Shown here piece after piece: positions 29,320-47,250 of a DNA stretch of 64,000 bases (position 1 is the stretch's first letter; each line of letters begins with the position of its first letter). Below the pieces are notes generated by a model. That model searched no databases and had not been told where the DNA came from. It was given only the letters and a program-made list of their open reading frames with translations. The DNA lies in the NCBI RefSeq assembly GCF_009914755.1, contig NC_060928.1; one strand, written 5' to 3'. Position numbers and translations under genes: made by a program. This DNA is from the human T2T-CHM13v2.0 reference genome, Homo sapiens.

Positions 29320-29636
29320 TTTTTTTTTGTTTTTTTTTTGGAGGTGGGTGGGAAGGAATATCCCTCTGTTGCCCAGGCTGGGGTGCAGTGGTGAGATCTC
29401 GGCTCACGAAACTTCTGCCTCTTAGGTTCAAGCGATTCTCCCGCCTCAGCCTCCAGAGTAGCTGGGATTACAGGTGTGCGCCATGCTGCCTGGCTAATTT
29501 TTGTAATTTTTTTTTTAGTAGGGTCGGGGTTTTGCCATGTTGGCCAGGCTGGTCTTGAACTCTGGACCTCAAGTGATCTGCCCACCTCAGCCTCCCAAAG
29601 TGCTGGGATTACAGGCATGAGCCACCGCGCCTGGCC
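29320..29636 (-). mobile_element. Alu (AluS-like)
   Basis: Reverse dimeric Alu. Confidence 0.93.
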
Positions 29637-29748
29637 TAACCTGTTCCTTTTTATTGTTGATTATTATTGCAAGATGGATGGACCACACCGCGCCTGGCCT
29701 AACCCGTTCCTTTTTATTGTTGATTACTATTGCATGATGGATGGACCA
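29623..29748 (+). repeat. 63-bp tandem duplication
   Basis: 29623-29685 versus 29686-29748, 3 mismatches. Confidence 0.92.
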
Positions 29749-30609
29749 CAACTTACCTATCCACTCACAAATCGAAGGACATGTAGGTTGTTTCTAGTTT
29801 TTAAATACTATGAACAGAACTGCAATAAATATTTGTTTACAGGTTTTTGTGAACATAGTTTTCATTTCTCTGAAATAAATTTCTAAGAGTGCAATTACTG
29901 GGTCTTATGGTAATAATATGCTTCAGTTTACAATAAACTGCTAAATTGTTTTCCAGAGTGGCTGTACCATTTTACATTTCCACCCATAATACATGAGCGA
30001 TTCAGTGTCTCTGCATCCTTGCTACCATTTGGCATTGTGACTGTTTTTTATTTTAGCCATTTGGATAGGTGTGTAATGATACCTGTAGCTCACTATGGTT
30101 GTAATTTGCATTCCCTTGACAGCTAGTGGTGTTGAACATCTTTTCGTATGCTTATTTGCCATCTGTATATCCTTTTCAGTGAAAACATAGTTGTTCCATT
30201 TTCTAACCGGGATTTCGACACTGTTGAATTTTGAGAGTTCTTTATATATTCTAGATACCAGTTCTTTGTCTGACATGTTTTTTGCATATTTTTTTTTCTT
30301 CTCAGTCTGTAGCCTGTCTTTTCATCCTCTTTGAGGAGAATAGAGCAAAAGATTTTAATTTTGATGTGGTCCAATTTATCGTTTTTTCCTTTTATGGATT
30401 TATTTTTAGGGTTGAGCCTAAGAACTCTTCGACTAGCTCTAGAGCCCAAAGATTTTCTATGTTTTTTTTCTAAAAGTCTCATAGCTTTTAAGTCTGTTAT
30501 ATATTTTATGTGAAATTCCAAAGGAATTTTCAGAAATGCCTTTTACTTTAGTAAAAGTTCATACTGATATTTCCAATTCAGATTTAAGATTACAGAGTTT
30601 TTACTTCTA

Positions 30610-30920
<311 letters not shown>

Positions 30921-31965
30921 TTAAATTGAATAATTAAATTAATCTCTTTTCTTATATCATTGACAATTGTAGTTCCTAATGACAATAACACAATTACTTA
31001 TTGGCTTTATTCTACAAATACCTAAAATAGTTTTAAAATAAAAATACTATTATTACTAAAATGCAATTAACTGCATTTCAGATTTCTATGGGGCTCTGTG
31101 TCCTGAGATTATACATCTCTAAGGATACACAGTAAAATTCTGTTTCACTTGATAATTCCACTTAATTTGTTACTTCACCTTATTAATTCACTTAATGGTT
31201 TCACTTAAATAATTCCTTTCTCTGTCTGCTTGTGCCACCAGCTTTATATGTACGGCAGCTATATTTCAGTTTGTTTTCCATTTTTGGTTTTGCTTTGTTT
31301 TTAATTGGTGATTTAATTTTATTTTTTTAACCATGTGAACCATGTAATGTTCCTGAAGTTTCTAAATGACACCACTTGGTAAGTTTCACTGAAGCCTTGC
31401 TTGCCTCCCAGCTCTCTGTAGTGTTCTAACCTCCACTCCTACAGGGAACCATTTTTATTGGTTTTTGGTTTTTGCGTCCTTTGTTTTTATTTTTGTTTTG
31501 CAAATTTAGGAAAATGTCTAATTATATTTATTTCTCTTTTCTTATACAAAAGGTCTCAGTTCTATTACACTACTTTATGATAGCTATGTCATATATCTCT
31601 CTCAATATTTTTTTTTACAATGTAGATATAAAATTTTTGATATGTCTTAATATTTAGGAAGGTTTGTATTTTTGTTCTAATTGTTATCTTGGTATTCACA
31701 TATTTGTATAAGAGCTTTGAGTCCCTTTTTTAATACACTGTCTATTTGCTCCCAACTATGGGTAATAATGAAATTAACTAATACCCACTCTTTCCTCTAC
31801 TCTTTCTCATCCTGCTTCCAAAATTAAAGTGATAGCCTTTTACTCACAGTTAATATCGGCGAGTTACTTACTGAGCTTATTCTACTTTCCAAGTACTTCG
31901 TTCATCCCAAACTCAGTTTTTTATTAGTTCTATTATATCCATATTTTCAGAGTATATAATATTGA

Positions 31966-32290
<325 letters not shown>

Positions 32291-32454
32291 CTACCCTTCT
32301 TCCATTTTTATTCTCATTATTTTTTCTTAGTTCTACGGATAAATAAGCTCATCAAAGACTTTGTGCTGAAGCTTCTTATGATTATTTTGAATGGTTGTTT
32401 GGAGCTCATTTTCATAGATTTCTTGGAAAGGCATGTGGGAACAATATTATCTGA

Positions 32455-32824
<370 letters not shown>

Positions 32825-33122
32825 TGATGAGTTTGACTGGATATAAAATCCTTGGCTCACATTTTCTTTCCTTGAGTATTGTAAATGTGTTGTTCCATTG
32901 TCTTCCATTATGAAGTGTTATTAATAAATCGGATACAAATTTTATCTTTTTTCCGTTGTAGTTCTCATTTGGTTTTTGTTTAGATACTCAGATAATTTTT
33001 TCTTTCTCTCTAATTCCCGGTAGTTTAACAAGAATATCTCAGTGTGAAATGTATCTCTGAATACATCTCTGAGTGATTTTCCTAGGTACATAGTATATCC
33101 TCTTAATTGTAGATTCGAGTAT

Positions 33123-33426
33123 TTTTCTTTTTTTTTTTTGAGACAGGATCTCACTCTGTCGCCCAGGCTGAAATGCAATAGTTTGATCTCGGCTCACTGC
33201 AGCCTTGATCTCCTGGGCTGAAGCCGTCGTCCCACCTCAGCCTCCTGAGTAGCTGGGACTATGGACATGTGCCACTATGCTTGGCTACCTTTTAATTTTT
33301 TTTTTATTTGATAGAGATGGGTTCTCATTATGCTGCCCAGGCTGGTCTAGAACTCCTTGGCCCAAGTGCTCCTCGCCTCAGAATCCCAAAGTGCTGGGGT
33401 TACAGGCATGAGCCACCACGCCCAGC
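33123..33426 (-). mobile_element. Alu (AluJ-like)
   Basis: Reverse dimeric Alu. Confidence 0.92.
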
Positions 33427-33590
33427 TCAAGTATCTTTTTATTTGTCAAAAGATTACTTACACTATTATTTGTTCTGATCTATTTATTTGATTTCCTTTT
33501 TAAGAAACTCCTATGTCATATTGTCATAGATTTCCTTTGCCAATCTTCTATATCTATCTTTTAAAAAATATTTTTAAAAATTTTCCGTTT

Positions 33591-33900
33591 GGACTGGGTG
33601 TGGTGGCTCATGCCTGTAATCCCAGCACTTTGGGAGGCCGAGGTGAGAGAATCGCTTGAGCTTAGGAGTTTGAGATCAGTCTGGGCAACATGGTGAGACC
33701 CCTCTCTATAAAAAATAAAAAGATTAGCTGGGTGTGGTGGCGAGCACCTGTAGTCCCAGCTACTCAGAAGGCTGAGGCAGGGGGATTGCTTGAGGCGGGG
33801 AGATTGAGGCTGCAGTGAGCCATGATAGCGCTACTGCACACCAGCCTGGGCGACAGAGGGAGACCGTGTCTCAGAAACAAGCAAGAAACAACAACCAAAA
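33591..33900 (+). mobile_element. Alu (AluJ-like)
   Basis: Dimeric Alu; flanked by ccgtttg repeats. Confidence 0.92.
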
Positions 33901-34102
33901 AATGTCCCGTTTGATTTTTGTTTCCTCCTTTCTAATCTCAATGTCCTTGCTATACTTTCTGTAATGCCTATTGCTCTCATGTAACTTCTAGCTTAGTCTT
34001 CATTTATAAAATATTATTTTCTAATTTTTTTCTGAGCTCTTTTGTCACGTTTCTATTGTTCAGCTATCTAATTTTTAATGTATTTATGATATGTTTCTGT
34101 AG

Positions 34103-34606
<504 letters not shown>

Positions 34607-34888
34607 TAGGAGATAGGCCCAGGTAGCTTTCTGGCTTGAAAACTCCCTTCTCTATTGTTATTTCAAAGTTTTCCCAAAAGTGGCCATTCTCTGTCTTCAC
34701 CTCCACAGCTATGAGATCTTTCTCCTTTGTATTGTCTTTCTTTTTATACCCGGTGCCCTGATCTGATCAATTTAGATTCTACTACCAGAAGCTGCCTTTT
34801 TTTTTCAATTTAGGGTAGGTTCTTTCCCTCCTAGCAGAAGGGTTTTGTTGAGTACATCTGAGGTCCTCCAGGACCTAGGTCATCCTAG

Positions 34889-36418
34889 TGTGTCCGGAAT
34901 TGGTGGGTTCTTGGTCTCACTGACTTCAAGAATGAAGCCACAGACCCTTGCCGTGAGTGTTACAGTTCTTAAAGATGGTGTGTCCAGAATTTGTTCCTTC
35001 TGATGTTCGGACGTGTTCGGAGTTTCTTCCTTCTGGTGGGTTTGTGGTCTCGCTGGCTTCAGGAGTGAAGCCTCAGACCTTCGCAGTGAGTGTCACAGCT
35101 CTTAAGGTGGTGCGTCTGGAGTTGTTCATTCCTCCCAGTGGGTCCGTGGTCTCACTGGCTCAGGAGTGAAGCTGCAGACCTTTGCGATGAGTGTTACAGC
35201 TCATAAAGGCAATGCGGACCCAAAGAGTGAGCAGCAACAAAATTTACTGCAAAGAGTGAAAGAACAAACCTTCCACAGTGTGGAAAGGGACCCAAGCGGG
35301 TTGTCACTGCTGGCTCAGACAGCCTGCTTTTATTCCCTTATCTGACCCCACCCACATCCTGCTGATTGGCCCATTTTACAGAGAGCTGATTGGTCTGTTT
35401 TGACAGGGTGCTGATTGGTGTGTTTACAATCCCTGAGCTAGACACAGAGTGCTGATTGGTGTATTTACAATTCTCTAGCTAGACATAAAAGTTCTCCAAG
35501 TCCCCACTAGATTAACTAGACACAGAGCACTGATTGGTGCGTTTACAAACCTTGAGCTAGACACAGGGTGCTGATTGGTGTGTTTACAAACCTTGACCTA
35601 GACACAGAGTGCTGATTGGTGTATTTACAATCCTTTAGTTAGACATAAAGGTTCTCCAAGTCCCCACTAGATTAGCTAGACAGAGCACTGATCGGTGCAT
35701 TCACAAACCTTGAGCTAGACACAGGGTGCTGATTGGTGCATTTACGATCCTCCAGCTAGACATAAAAGTACTCCAAGTCCCCACCCACTCAGGAGCCCAG
35801 CTGGCTTTGCCTAGGGGATCCCACGCCAGGGCCGCAGGCAGAGCTGCCCGCCAGTCCTGTGCCACATGCCTGCACTCCTCAGCCCTTGGGCGATCGATAG
35901 GACCAGGCAGGGGGCCGTGCCCGCTGGGGAGGCTTGAGTTGTGCGGGAACCCACTGCAGGGCGGGAGCGAGCTCGGGCATGGCAGGCTGCAGGTCCCGAG
36001 CTCTTCCCCATGCAGAGGCCGCTGAGACCGGGTGAGAATTCAAGCATGGCACGAGCCCGCCGGCAGTGCTGGGGGACCTGGCGCCCCCTCTGCAGCTGCT
36101 GGCCCGGGTGCTAAGCCCCTCACTGCCCGGGGCCGGCATCCGGCAGGCCACTCCTAGTGCAGGGCCTGCCGAGCCCACGCCCACCTGGAACTCGCACTGG
36201 CCAGCGAGCACCGCGCGCAGCCCCGGTTCCCGCAGGCACCTCTCCCTCCACACCTCCCCGCAAGCAGAGGGAGCTGGCTCCAGCCTCAGCCAGCCCAGAG
36301 AGGGGCTCCCACAGTGCAGGGGCGGGCTGAAGAGCTCCTCAAGCTCGGCCAGAGTGGGCGCCGAGGCCGAGGAGGCACCGAGAGGGAGCGAGGGCTGCCA
36401 GCACGCTGTCACCTCTCA
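34889..36418 (-). mobile_element. LTR12-family (ERV9) solo LTR, long type
   Basis: + strand tgtgtccggaattggtgggttc...gctgtcacctctca; tandem gctgattggt (CCAAT) repeats at about 35360-35740; 4-bp TSD ctag (34885-34888 and 36419-36422). Confidence 0.95.
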
Positions 36419-37809
36419 CTAGTTTCCTCTGAGCAGAGCCCGCTCATGTAGCGTGACTTGCTGTTGGCAAGGGCTGTGTTACGAGACTCTCAGGCTGACT
36501 AAATTCTCAGCTTACTCTGGCCCAAAAGACGTGATCATGTGCTGCTGGCTTCAGATCTGCAGCCAGTGACATGAGCTGTATTGGGAGTATTTAGACCACA
36601 AACCCCAGCCAACGCTACAAGTCAAGGTTGGTTGTGTTGCGTTTGTTTGTCTTGGAGAGCTGATTTCACTGGCCTTTAGCCCCATCAGAATTCCCCTTCC
36701 TTTCTTCCCTTAGGTTCTTCACACAGGTGTTAACACTGCAAGGGTTCCAAGCGGGTTTTGTTGATAGTGGTGGTTTGATCCTCCTCGTAGTTATTCTGGA
36801 GTTCCTGGGGAAACTTTTGTCATCTAATTTTATTAAAAATACTGTCTGAGAGTTGTTTAAATGTTGTCATCCTATTGCTGTGGGTATCTGGAAAAACTGG
36901 TAATGGTCTTACCTGGACTGGAAGCCTGCGGAAATCCTTTGGAATGTAATTGGTAACAGTGCTCATGTCTTTATGATACAGTAATAAGTAACATTGTCAT
37001 GTTTTTATAGTAGCACTTCACAGTTTACTTAATCCCTTTATGAGACAGAGCAGGCCTAATTTCATTTTGTGGACCAGGAAGCTGAGGTCTATAAGAGTTA
37101 AATAATTTGTCCATTTATAGCTAATAAATGGTAGAGCTGGAGTTTAAACTCAAGTTTGTAACTCAAATCTAGCGATGTATATTAAAGTATAAATACATTT
37201 GCAAAGAATGCTTAATTTGAGCTAGTGTTTTATCAAAATCTAGGGCAATATTCAGAGTTTTGACCTCTAATGGACTAAATATCCCAATATTTGAATTCCT
37301 TAGTCACCCTTGCACTGAAGCATCTTCTCTCTCCAGTCTCTCCCTTTTTGTAAATAGTACCCCACTCTCCTGGGTACTCAAGCTGGAAACCAGGAAGTAG
37401 GGCAAAGAGGTGTTCCCTCCACATTGTAATTCAGGAATGCCAGAAAATTGTCTTCTCTTTTCTTCATGCCCCTCATACAAATCCCTGCTGGCTCACTGAT
37501 GCCTGAAATTCCATCATTTATTGCTTTGGCTCACAGCCAGGAGAAGGGATGCCAGGAAGCCATGCACATGCTTTCCTTCCTAGTGTTGACTGGGTGCCAG
37601 GCATCTGTTATTGACTCTCCATCATTCTTCTGCATTACACCTTTTTCTAAGTGAGGGAACCAAAGCTCAAAGAAATTAAGTAATTTTGTTAGGGTCACAA
37701 GGCAGGTTGATAGAAGATATAATAACTGAACCCAAGTTGGGTTGGCTCCCAAATCTGTGATTTAGCTTCCATTCTAGGCTAATATTTATGTGGGCCTAGC
37801 ACTGCAGTA

Positions 37810-38790
37810 AGTATTTGTCTTACTGCATACTTGTTCTCAGGGCAAATCAGCGTAGCCCCTGATGAAAGTTCCCTACTCATATCAACTTACAGCTCACTGC
37901 AGTGCACTCGCAAGGCTTCTGACTGCCTGAGGTCATTCTCTGGCTCCTGCTCTCTCCAGCAACGCTAACATGACAGACTAAAAGTGTTACAGAAACACTG
38001 GGGGGCTCAGTCTAGGTCCTGCTGCTCGCCGCACAGAAAGCCTATCACTGAGACAACAGTATTACCAAGGAAGAGGGCTTTAATCGGGTGCTACAGCTGA
38101 GGAGGTGGGACCTCAGGCTCAAATCCACCTCCTTGATTGACTAAAACTAGAGGTTTATATAGCAGGGAAGGAATATAACAATGTGTGAGAAAACAGTAAC
38201 TGGGGAGGGGCAAGGAAGCAATCCCATGAGGAATGAGGGGCCTGGCATCTCGTTGTCTGGATGTGGGTAACTGGTGAGTTTCAATTCTTTGATACTTTTT
38301 TTTTTTTGAGAGGTCTGAAGGTCATTTCTGAGGAAGGAACTCGCAGAAGACAAATGTTAAGTTTCAAGCTTTTTAAGACCAGAAGGGTCAATTTCTATGT
38401 TTATCTTAAAAACTATCCGTGGGACTATACTGGGTCAGTTTCAAAAGCATGGGAAAATTAACTCTCCCACCCCAACCCCAGCAGCCAAGCAGCCATCAAC
38501 CAGTGACTGATGGGAATGGGTGTATAAAAGCCGCAGCTCCCTTGCCTGTCGCGAGGGAAAACCCTGCACTGACTCTCGGAATTCTACGCTGGAATTAGGC
38601 TCCAGTTGTCCACTTACTGACACTTCTGATAATACCTCCTTTATCAGCTGCCCTTCTTACCCTGTCTCAGTTCCCAGCTTACCAATAGATATTTCCTGGG
38701 ATCCTTTCCAAAATAATCTAATCTACTTGCACTTGAATCTTGGTGTTGGGGTTCTCAAGGTCTGCTTCTTTGGAACCCAAACTAAGGCAA
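37810..38790 (+). mobile_element. LTR16-like ERVL LTR split by an ERV1 LTR
   Basis: 3' end ctacttgcacttgaatc..ggtctgcttctttggaacccaaactaaggca. Confidence 0.6.
37985..38443 (-). mobile_element. MER66-like ERV1 solo LTR
   Basis: TG...CA termini (tgttacagaaacac...cagtttca); 4-bp TSD aaag (37981-37984 and 38444-38447). Confidence 0.75.
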
Positions 38791-39069
38791 TTGGCATCAT
38801 CCGAAATACAGATTTTCAGGAGGAGAAGGATTGGTGGACTTTGAGATCATCAGGCCTTGAAGTGAACAGAAGAAGAGCTGGGCCACTCTCATTTGTTCCC
38901 ACATCATTACTACATCCACGTGTTCCTTAGCCCATCAGTCACAGCCAGGGAGATGGAGTCACACGTTCGTCCGTGAACAGATATTATGCCAGTTCTAGGG
39001 AACAGGGATAATGCAATGAACAAAATGGATAAAAAGCTCTGCCCTTATGGAGGTTATAGTCTAATGGCT

Positions 39070-39605
39070 GCCAAGAGATTCTTCAAAAGAACCAAATGGA
39101 TCTTCTAGGATGGAATAATACATATCTGAAATAATTTTAAAAATTGTATAGGCTTAACTTCAGGAGAAAGGACATGAATTTGAAGACAGATGAAAAATCA
39201 TTCAAGCTGAAGCACATTGAGCAAAAATATATATTTTTTAATGAGCAGAGCCTCAATAATTGTGGGACAATATCTAACGTAATTAGAATCTTAGAAGAAG
39301 CAGAGAGAGAATGTGGCAGAATATTTATTTGAGGAAAATGATGGCAGAATTTCCAAGATTGAGAAAAAGTAATTCAACTTGTAGACCCACGAAGCTCAGC
39401 ACCTCCCAAACAGGATAAATTTAAAGAAAATTACCATTAGGCAAATCATCAGCAAACTGCTAACAAACAGAGATAAAGCAGCCAAAGTAAAAAGACACAT
39501 TACATAGAGGAGAACAAAGATCAGAAACAAGGCAGAAGATAATGGAAAACCATCTTTAAAGTGCTTATAGGGGGAGGAAAAACCTGTCAACCTGAATTTC
39601 ATAAC
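39070..39605 (+). mobile_element. Old L1M ORF1-region fragment
   Basis: gaagctcagcacctcccaaacaggataaat..atagtcaaactgct-like..aacctgtcaacctgaatt. Confidence 0.65.
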
Positions 39606-39729
39606 TAGTAAAAGTGTCCTGAATTGTCCCGAATGAAGCCAAGTGAATTACCTGGATCATCTGATCTGTGGAAGCACTGGTTTGGATAAGTTAGGCTCCA
39701 ACATGTGTCAGAGGGACAGCAGAGTGTGA

Positions 39730-39889
39730 TCGGGACCCAGCCTGCCTGAGTCCAATTTCTGACTCCATCTCTCACTAGCCGAGTGAACTTGGGCAAGTTC
39801 CTCAGTTTCTCTCTGCCTCATCTTTTCATCTCTAACATGAAGATGATAATATCCACCTCACATGGGTATTTTATGGATTAAGTGAATTA

Positions 39890-39890
<1 letters not shown>
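39730..39890 (+). mobile_element. MIR
   Basis: gtgaacttgggcaagttcctcagtttctctctgcctca. Confidence 0.75.
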
Positions 39891-40940
<1,050 letters not shown>

Positions 40941-41259
40941 CTTTAACCACACCATTGCATGTGAGCTGTGACCTGAAAGATAAGATGCAATTTTAAAATG
41001 CCAAAGCCAGGAATAACATTCCATGAAATAGGCATAACTATTTTAAAGGCACCAGTGAATGAGAGGGCCTGGCATAGTCAGGGAATGAATGACAAGCACC
41101 ATATGAAGATAGCAGGAGAGAATCACCAATGAGCCATAAAATCCATATATTTTGTTGTGCTAACCTTTGACCTGAATTATCCACAAGGATGCGAAGGGAA
41201 TTATCTGGATCATTTGCTCTTTGAAAACAACAAATCCAGATGACTTAGGCTGCAAAGTG

Positions 41260-41510
41260 TGTCACATGGGCAGTGGAGCGTCATCTGCAGTCAGCCTGCC
41301 TGAGTCAATTTCTTTTTCCAAAATGCACTAGCTGAGTGGACTTGAGCAAGTTCCTCAACTCCCTTCTGCCTTGGGTTCTCATCTGTCACAACAGAGTTTC
41401 AAAAATAGATGAAAATATTCTCATCTGATAATAGTAATATCAGCTCAGAGGGTTATTGTAAGGATTGAGTTGACCCATGAAAAGAGCTTAGAATGGTAAC
41501 CACTCAACAA
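41260..41510 (+). mobile_element. MIR
   Basis: acttgagcaagttcctcaactcccttctgcc..gggttattgtaaggattgag. Confidence 0.7.
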
Positions 41511-41579
41511 ACAAAATCTACTTTTTTCAAAAGCAACTATCAGAATTAATTGAATGAACTAGGCAGAATAGCACCTTGC

Positions 41580-42016
41580 TGTCTTAGTCTCCTAGGGGCT
41601 GCCAAACCTAAGTACCACAAACTGGGTGACTTTCAACACATACATTTATTCTCTTACAGTTCTGGCGGCCAGAAGTCTGAAGTCAAGGTGTCCACAGGCT
41701 AAGCTCTCTCTGAAGGTTCTTGTGGGCAATCCTTCCTGGACTCTTCCTAGCTTCTGATAGTTGCTGGCCATTCTTGGTGTTCCTTGGCTTTTGGCAGCGT
41801 AACTACAATCTCAGCTCTCTTCCCTCTACGTGATGTTTCCAAATTTCCCTCTTCTTATGGGGACATCAGTAGTTAGATGAGGGCCCATCCTAATCCAGTA
41901 TGGCTTCATCGTAACTGGAATACATCTGCAATGACCCTATTTCCAAATAAGGTCATATCTACAGGCTCCAGGTGGACATGAATTTGGTGGGAGGGGACAG
42001 TCTTCAGCCCAGTACA
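41580..42016 (-). mobile_element. MLT1B/C-like MaLR solo LTR
   Basis: gtaccacaaactgggtg..ccctatttccaaataaggtcat..cagcccagtaca. Confidence 0.8.
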
Positions 42017-42425
42017 CATCTCAATTGCCCACATTCCTTGACGACTTGCTCTAGATAGCCAATTTTGTAGAAGGAACAAATTATTTTTCTTTGACCCTTT
42101 GGCCAAAAATATTTCCAAATTTCTTTGCTCACTTTTCAATTTTTTGAAATCAAAGATAACAATTCCAATTGCACTTCCTTTATAGACCTAGGCTGTCAGT
42201 CATCTGTCACAGAGGTCTGTGACAAGGTTTTAAGTCCCCATGCTCTCTGGTTCTTGGGTTGGCACACTAGAGTTTGTCTGTTTTCTTTCCATTTATGGCT
42301 GTAACTTGTCCTTTCTTGTTGCTGTGGGCATTTGGGTTAGCGTAGAGCTTCTCTCTCATTTCTAAATTTCTGTGAGTTAGGAACCAGAACTCCATGTTTG
42401 CTATAGTTGTAGAATTTAGCTTTAG

Positions 42426-42723
<298 letters not shown>

Positions 42724-43746
42724 AGCTTTAGTCTTTATAATAGACCACGTGGCTTCTCTTGAATGGAGTAAATTATATTTTATGCAAAGATTGTATGTAG
42801 CACACACAGAAATAAACCAGAATCCTAAAGGTTTACCACTTTGGAATTTGCTGAGAAAACCTGAACTCAACGAGACAGTATTATAACTCATTTAGAGAGG
42901 GACGTTAACAATTCTGTATTTTGATATTAGTTTCCTATTCCTTGTAATAAAGGATCAGCTGATTGCATTTCAGCGTTGCAGCTTAGGGCACAGCCTCTGT
43001 CTCGGTGGTCTGCGTGCTACTGGCTCTTGTTTTCTGCGTCGAATCCTTCCCCTTCCTTTAAGGTTATTCTCACTAATCACAGCTCCATGCACTTGTTCAA
43101 AGCACAGTCCTGAAGCACACAAGCTTCGCTAATGAATCTCTTTAGAAGACCTTGCCTCCCTCCCATATACTCTACAAAATGGGGAGTGTCTGCTTTGCAA
43201 GTTAACTGGAATGGATGCCCAATGCCGATGCTGCAGCTCTGGCCGTCTGTCTGTCTGTCTGTCTGTCCCTCTCTCTCTAACTCAGGCACCGTTTTTCTAA
43301 TACCTGTGAATTCTGCCCCATCAGGAGGCCCCTTTTCCACTTACCTGGTTCCCATGTAGGCATTTGCTATAGAGTTGAACTGTAGATGGGTGTAGCGTTA
43401 CTCTCATGACCTAATCTGATAATGTGCAGAAGAGCCGGTGATAATGGATGCACAGTTCCTATAAGACTGAGCCTTGGATTCCCATGTTCGTTCGCCTCTC
43501 GCCCCTTTTTTGTCGGGATTCAATAAATGGGAAGTCGAAAATTCAACACTCAAATAGGAGAGTCAACTATGTAAAGGCAGACTCCTCTAAGCATTAAAAT
43601 GAAGGCTGAAATACTAACGTCCTTGTGACCTGCAATCATTTCTTCTAAGAGGAGGGTCAGTAGACTGTGTTTGTTGAGCATATTTTTAGAACTTTGCCAT
43701 TGAATCCAGTCGTGCAGGTCTGGGCCTTGCTCTGTGGAAACGGTAG

Positions 43747-44188
<442 letters not shown>

Positions 44189-44289
44189 CAGAGCGTCCAG
44201 TTTCTAAAGGATCTGCCCTGTCCTGCGTTCTGTTTCCTCAAGGCGGAGCGGGACACCGACTAGCCTGACAGCTTCCTGGGATTTTTTTA

Positions 44290-44618
<329 letters not shown>

Positions 44619-44749
44619 TGAAAGAGCTCTACAGATAAATGACAGGAGTTAATTTTAGTAAAAAGCGGGAGAAGGGGTCTGTGTGTACACATATGTGTTG
44701 GCATTGGTGTGGGAGTATACATGTATATGTGCTTGTGAGCACACATGTA

Positions 44750-45085
44750 CAGTCATGCACCGCATAACCACATTTTGATTAACCACAGACTGCGTATCCA
44801 GTAACGGTCCCGTGAGATTATAATGCTGTATGTTTCCTGTACCTTTTCTAGGTTTAGACACACGAATACATACCACTGTGTTACGATCGCCTGTGGTATT
44901 CAGTACAGTCACATGCTGTACGGATTTGTAGCCTAGGAGCAATAGGCTCCACCATATCGCCAGGAGTGTAGTGGGCTGTACCAACTAGGGGTATAAGTGC
45001 ACACTGTGATGTTCATACAACAATGGCATTGCCTAAAGACACATTTCTCAGAACATATCCTGTCATTATGCAGCACATGATGCAG
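44750..45085. mobile_element. Tigger3a/MER7-like TcMar DNA transposon
   Basis: TA|cagtcatgcaccgcataac start; tttgtagcctaggagcaataggct; inverted end ttatgcagcacatga. Confidence 0.8.
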
Positions 45086-45364
45086 TAATATTGAACACAG
45101 GTGCTTTGGGGGAGTCCCCCCAGTCACTCCATATCCAAGATTTACTCTCTCATACAATCTGTCCAGTAAATGATACACAGCTGAAATGATCTTCTCTTTT
45201 TGGTTCAGTGAGCGGATCCCAAGTTAGAACATTCTACCAAATAGGAGGGATTAGTGAGCCATTATCTTCCTCAGGAATTTTTGCTATGAGAATTCACTGT
45301 TTATTTATGAGGCCACTGGTTTCTTTAAAATGTTGGAATTCGGTATTTTTTAGTTAAAAACAAT

Positions 45365-45657
45365 TTTTTTGAGACAGAGTCTCTCTGTGTCACTTAGTGA
45401 AGGGCTGAAGTGAAGTGGTACAATCATACTTTACTGCAGCCTCAACATCCTGGGCTCAAGCGATCCCCTGGCCTCAGCCTCCTGAATAGCTGGGACTACA
45501 GGCTCGCACACTACGCTCAGCTAATTTTTGCATTTTTTGTAGAGATGACGTTTCACCGTGTTGCCCAGGCTGGTCTCAAAGTCCTGGGCTCAAGTGATCC
45601 ACCCACCTTGGCCTCCCAAAGTGCTGGGACTTACAGGCATGAGACACTGCACTGGCC
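45365..45657 (-). mobile_element. Alu (AluJ-like)
   Basis: Diverged reverse Alu. Confidence 0.9.
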
Positions 45658-45957
45658 TTAATTAAAATTTTTATTTTGAGATAGTTTAGAATTACATGTA
45701 CTTGCAAGAAATGCATTTAGTACTTTTAATTCAGGTACTAGTTTCACAGTGCCTTACGAACTGTAGGCATGTTCAGTATACAACGATTGACGGGTAGATT
45801 GGTAAAATAACTATAATTTGTGCCTTACAAGTGGGCTTTTGAGGGAAATATGTTCAGGAATTACTGAGATAACTACATAAGGGTTCATTATAATATGTTT
45901 GGAAATTACTGAGATATATATATCTTTACATATGGGTCCATGGATAGAAAGTAAATC

Positions 45958-46270
<313 letters not shown>

Positions 46271-46808
46271 AGTAAATCTGGATCATTCAGTGTCTTTGTG
46301 TCTTGTTTTTTGTTTTTTATGCATTTCTCACTTTTAAGTTTTTGGGTTTTTTCATTTTTACCCCATACCATATGCATGTAGTCCCAATATATCTTGTGGT
46401 TGTTAATTGGTGAACGTGATGAACTCTTGAAATGCTAGCGTTTTCTTCACTTAATCGGGCAGGACTCTGAGGAGTAAGCTGAGGGTGGAGTCCTGTGGCT
46501 GGGGAGAGATGAGCGCGGGACAGCAGCCCCTCTCTGCAGAGCCTCGAGGCTTCTGTGGCCCCGTGGGGTCAGATGCGTGGCATGGCTTGCTGGTCTTGTT
46601 CCCATGGCACAGAAGAAACTACACTTCCTTTTGCCCAAACTCAGCCACCATGGAGCCTACTCCTCAGTCTTTCATTTACTTCTAGAATGCTGACAGGTGA
46701 GAATGCTACCTCCGGGCTGCCAAGCCACAAAGCGTGACAGCCCGCTCCCTGGGAACCACAAATATTTGGAATCTGAAGTGGATTGGGAACTAAAAATACA
46801 ACACCTTA

Positions 46809-47250
<442 letters not shown>

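Larger units (their letters stand above)
28690..30520 (-). mobile_element. Old L1M (3' end and end of ORF2), interrupted by Alus
   Basis: ttccagagtggctgtaccattttacatttcccac; ORF 30022-30276 resembles a degenerate L1 ORF2 C-terminus (DIQMANKHTKRCST..YHYTPIQMAKI). Confidence 0.85.

Noticed and set aside
30022-30521. L1 ORF2-like peptide
   Set aside because: Short, frameshifted relic of an old L1; not an active element or host gene.
35726-36422. GC-rich stretch with ORFs up to 177 aa, resembling a second CpG island or gene
   Set aside because: It is the GC-rich U3 part of the LTR12.
42205-42224. 9-bp inverted repeat tgtcacaga-gg-tctgtgaca
   Set aside because: Too short to separate from chance and has no supporting context.
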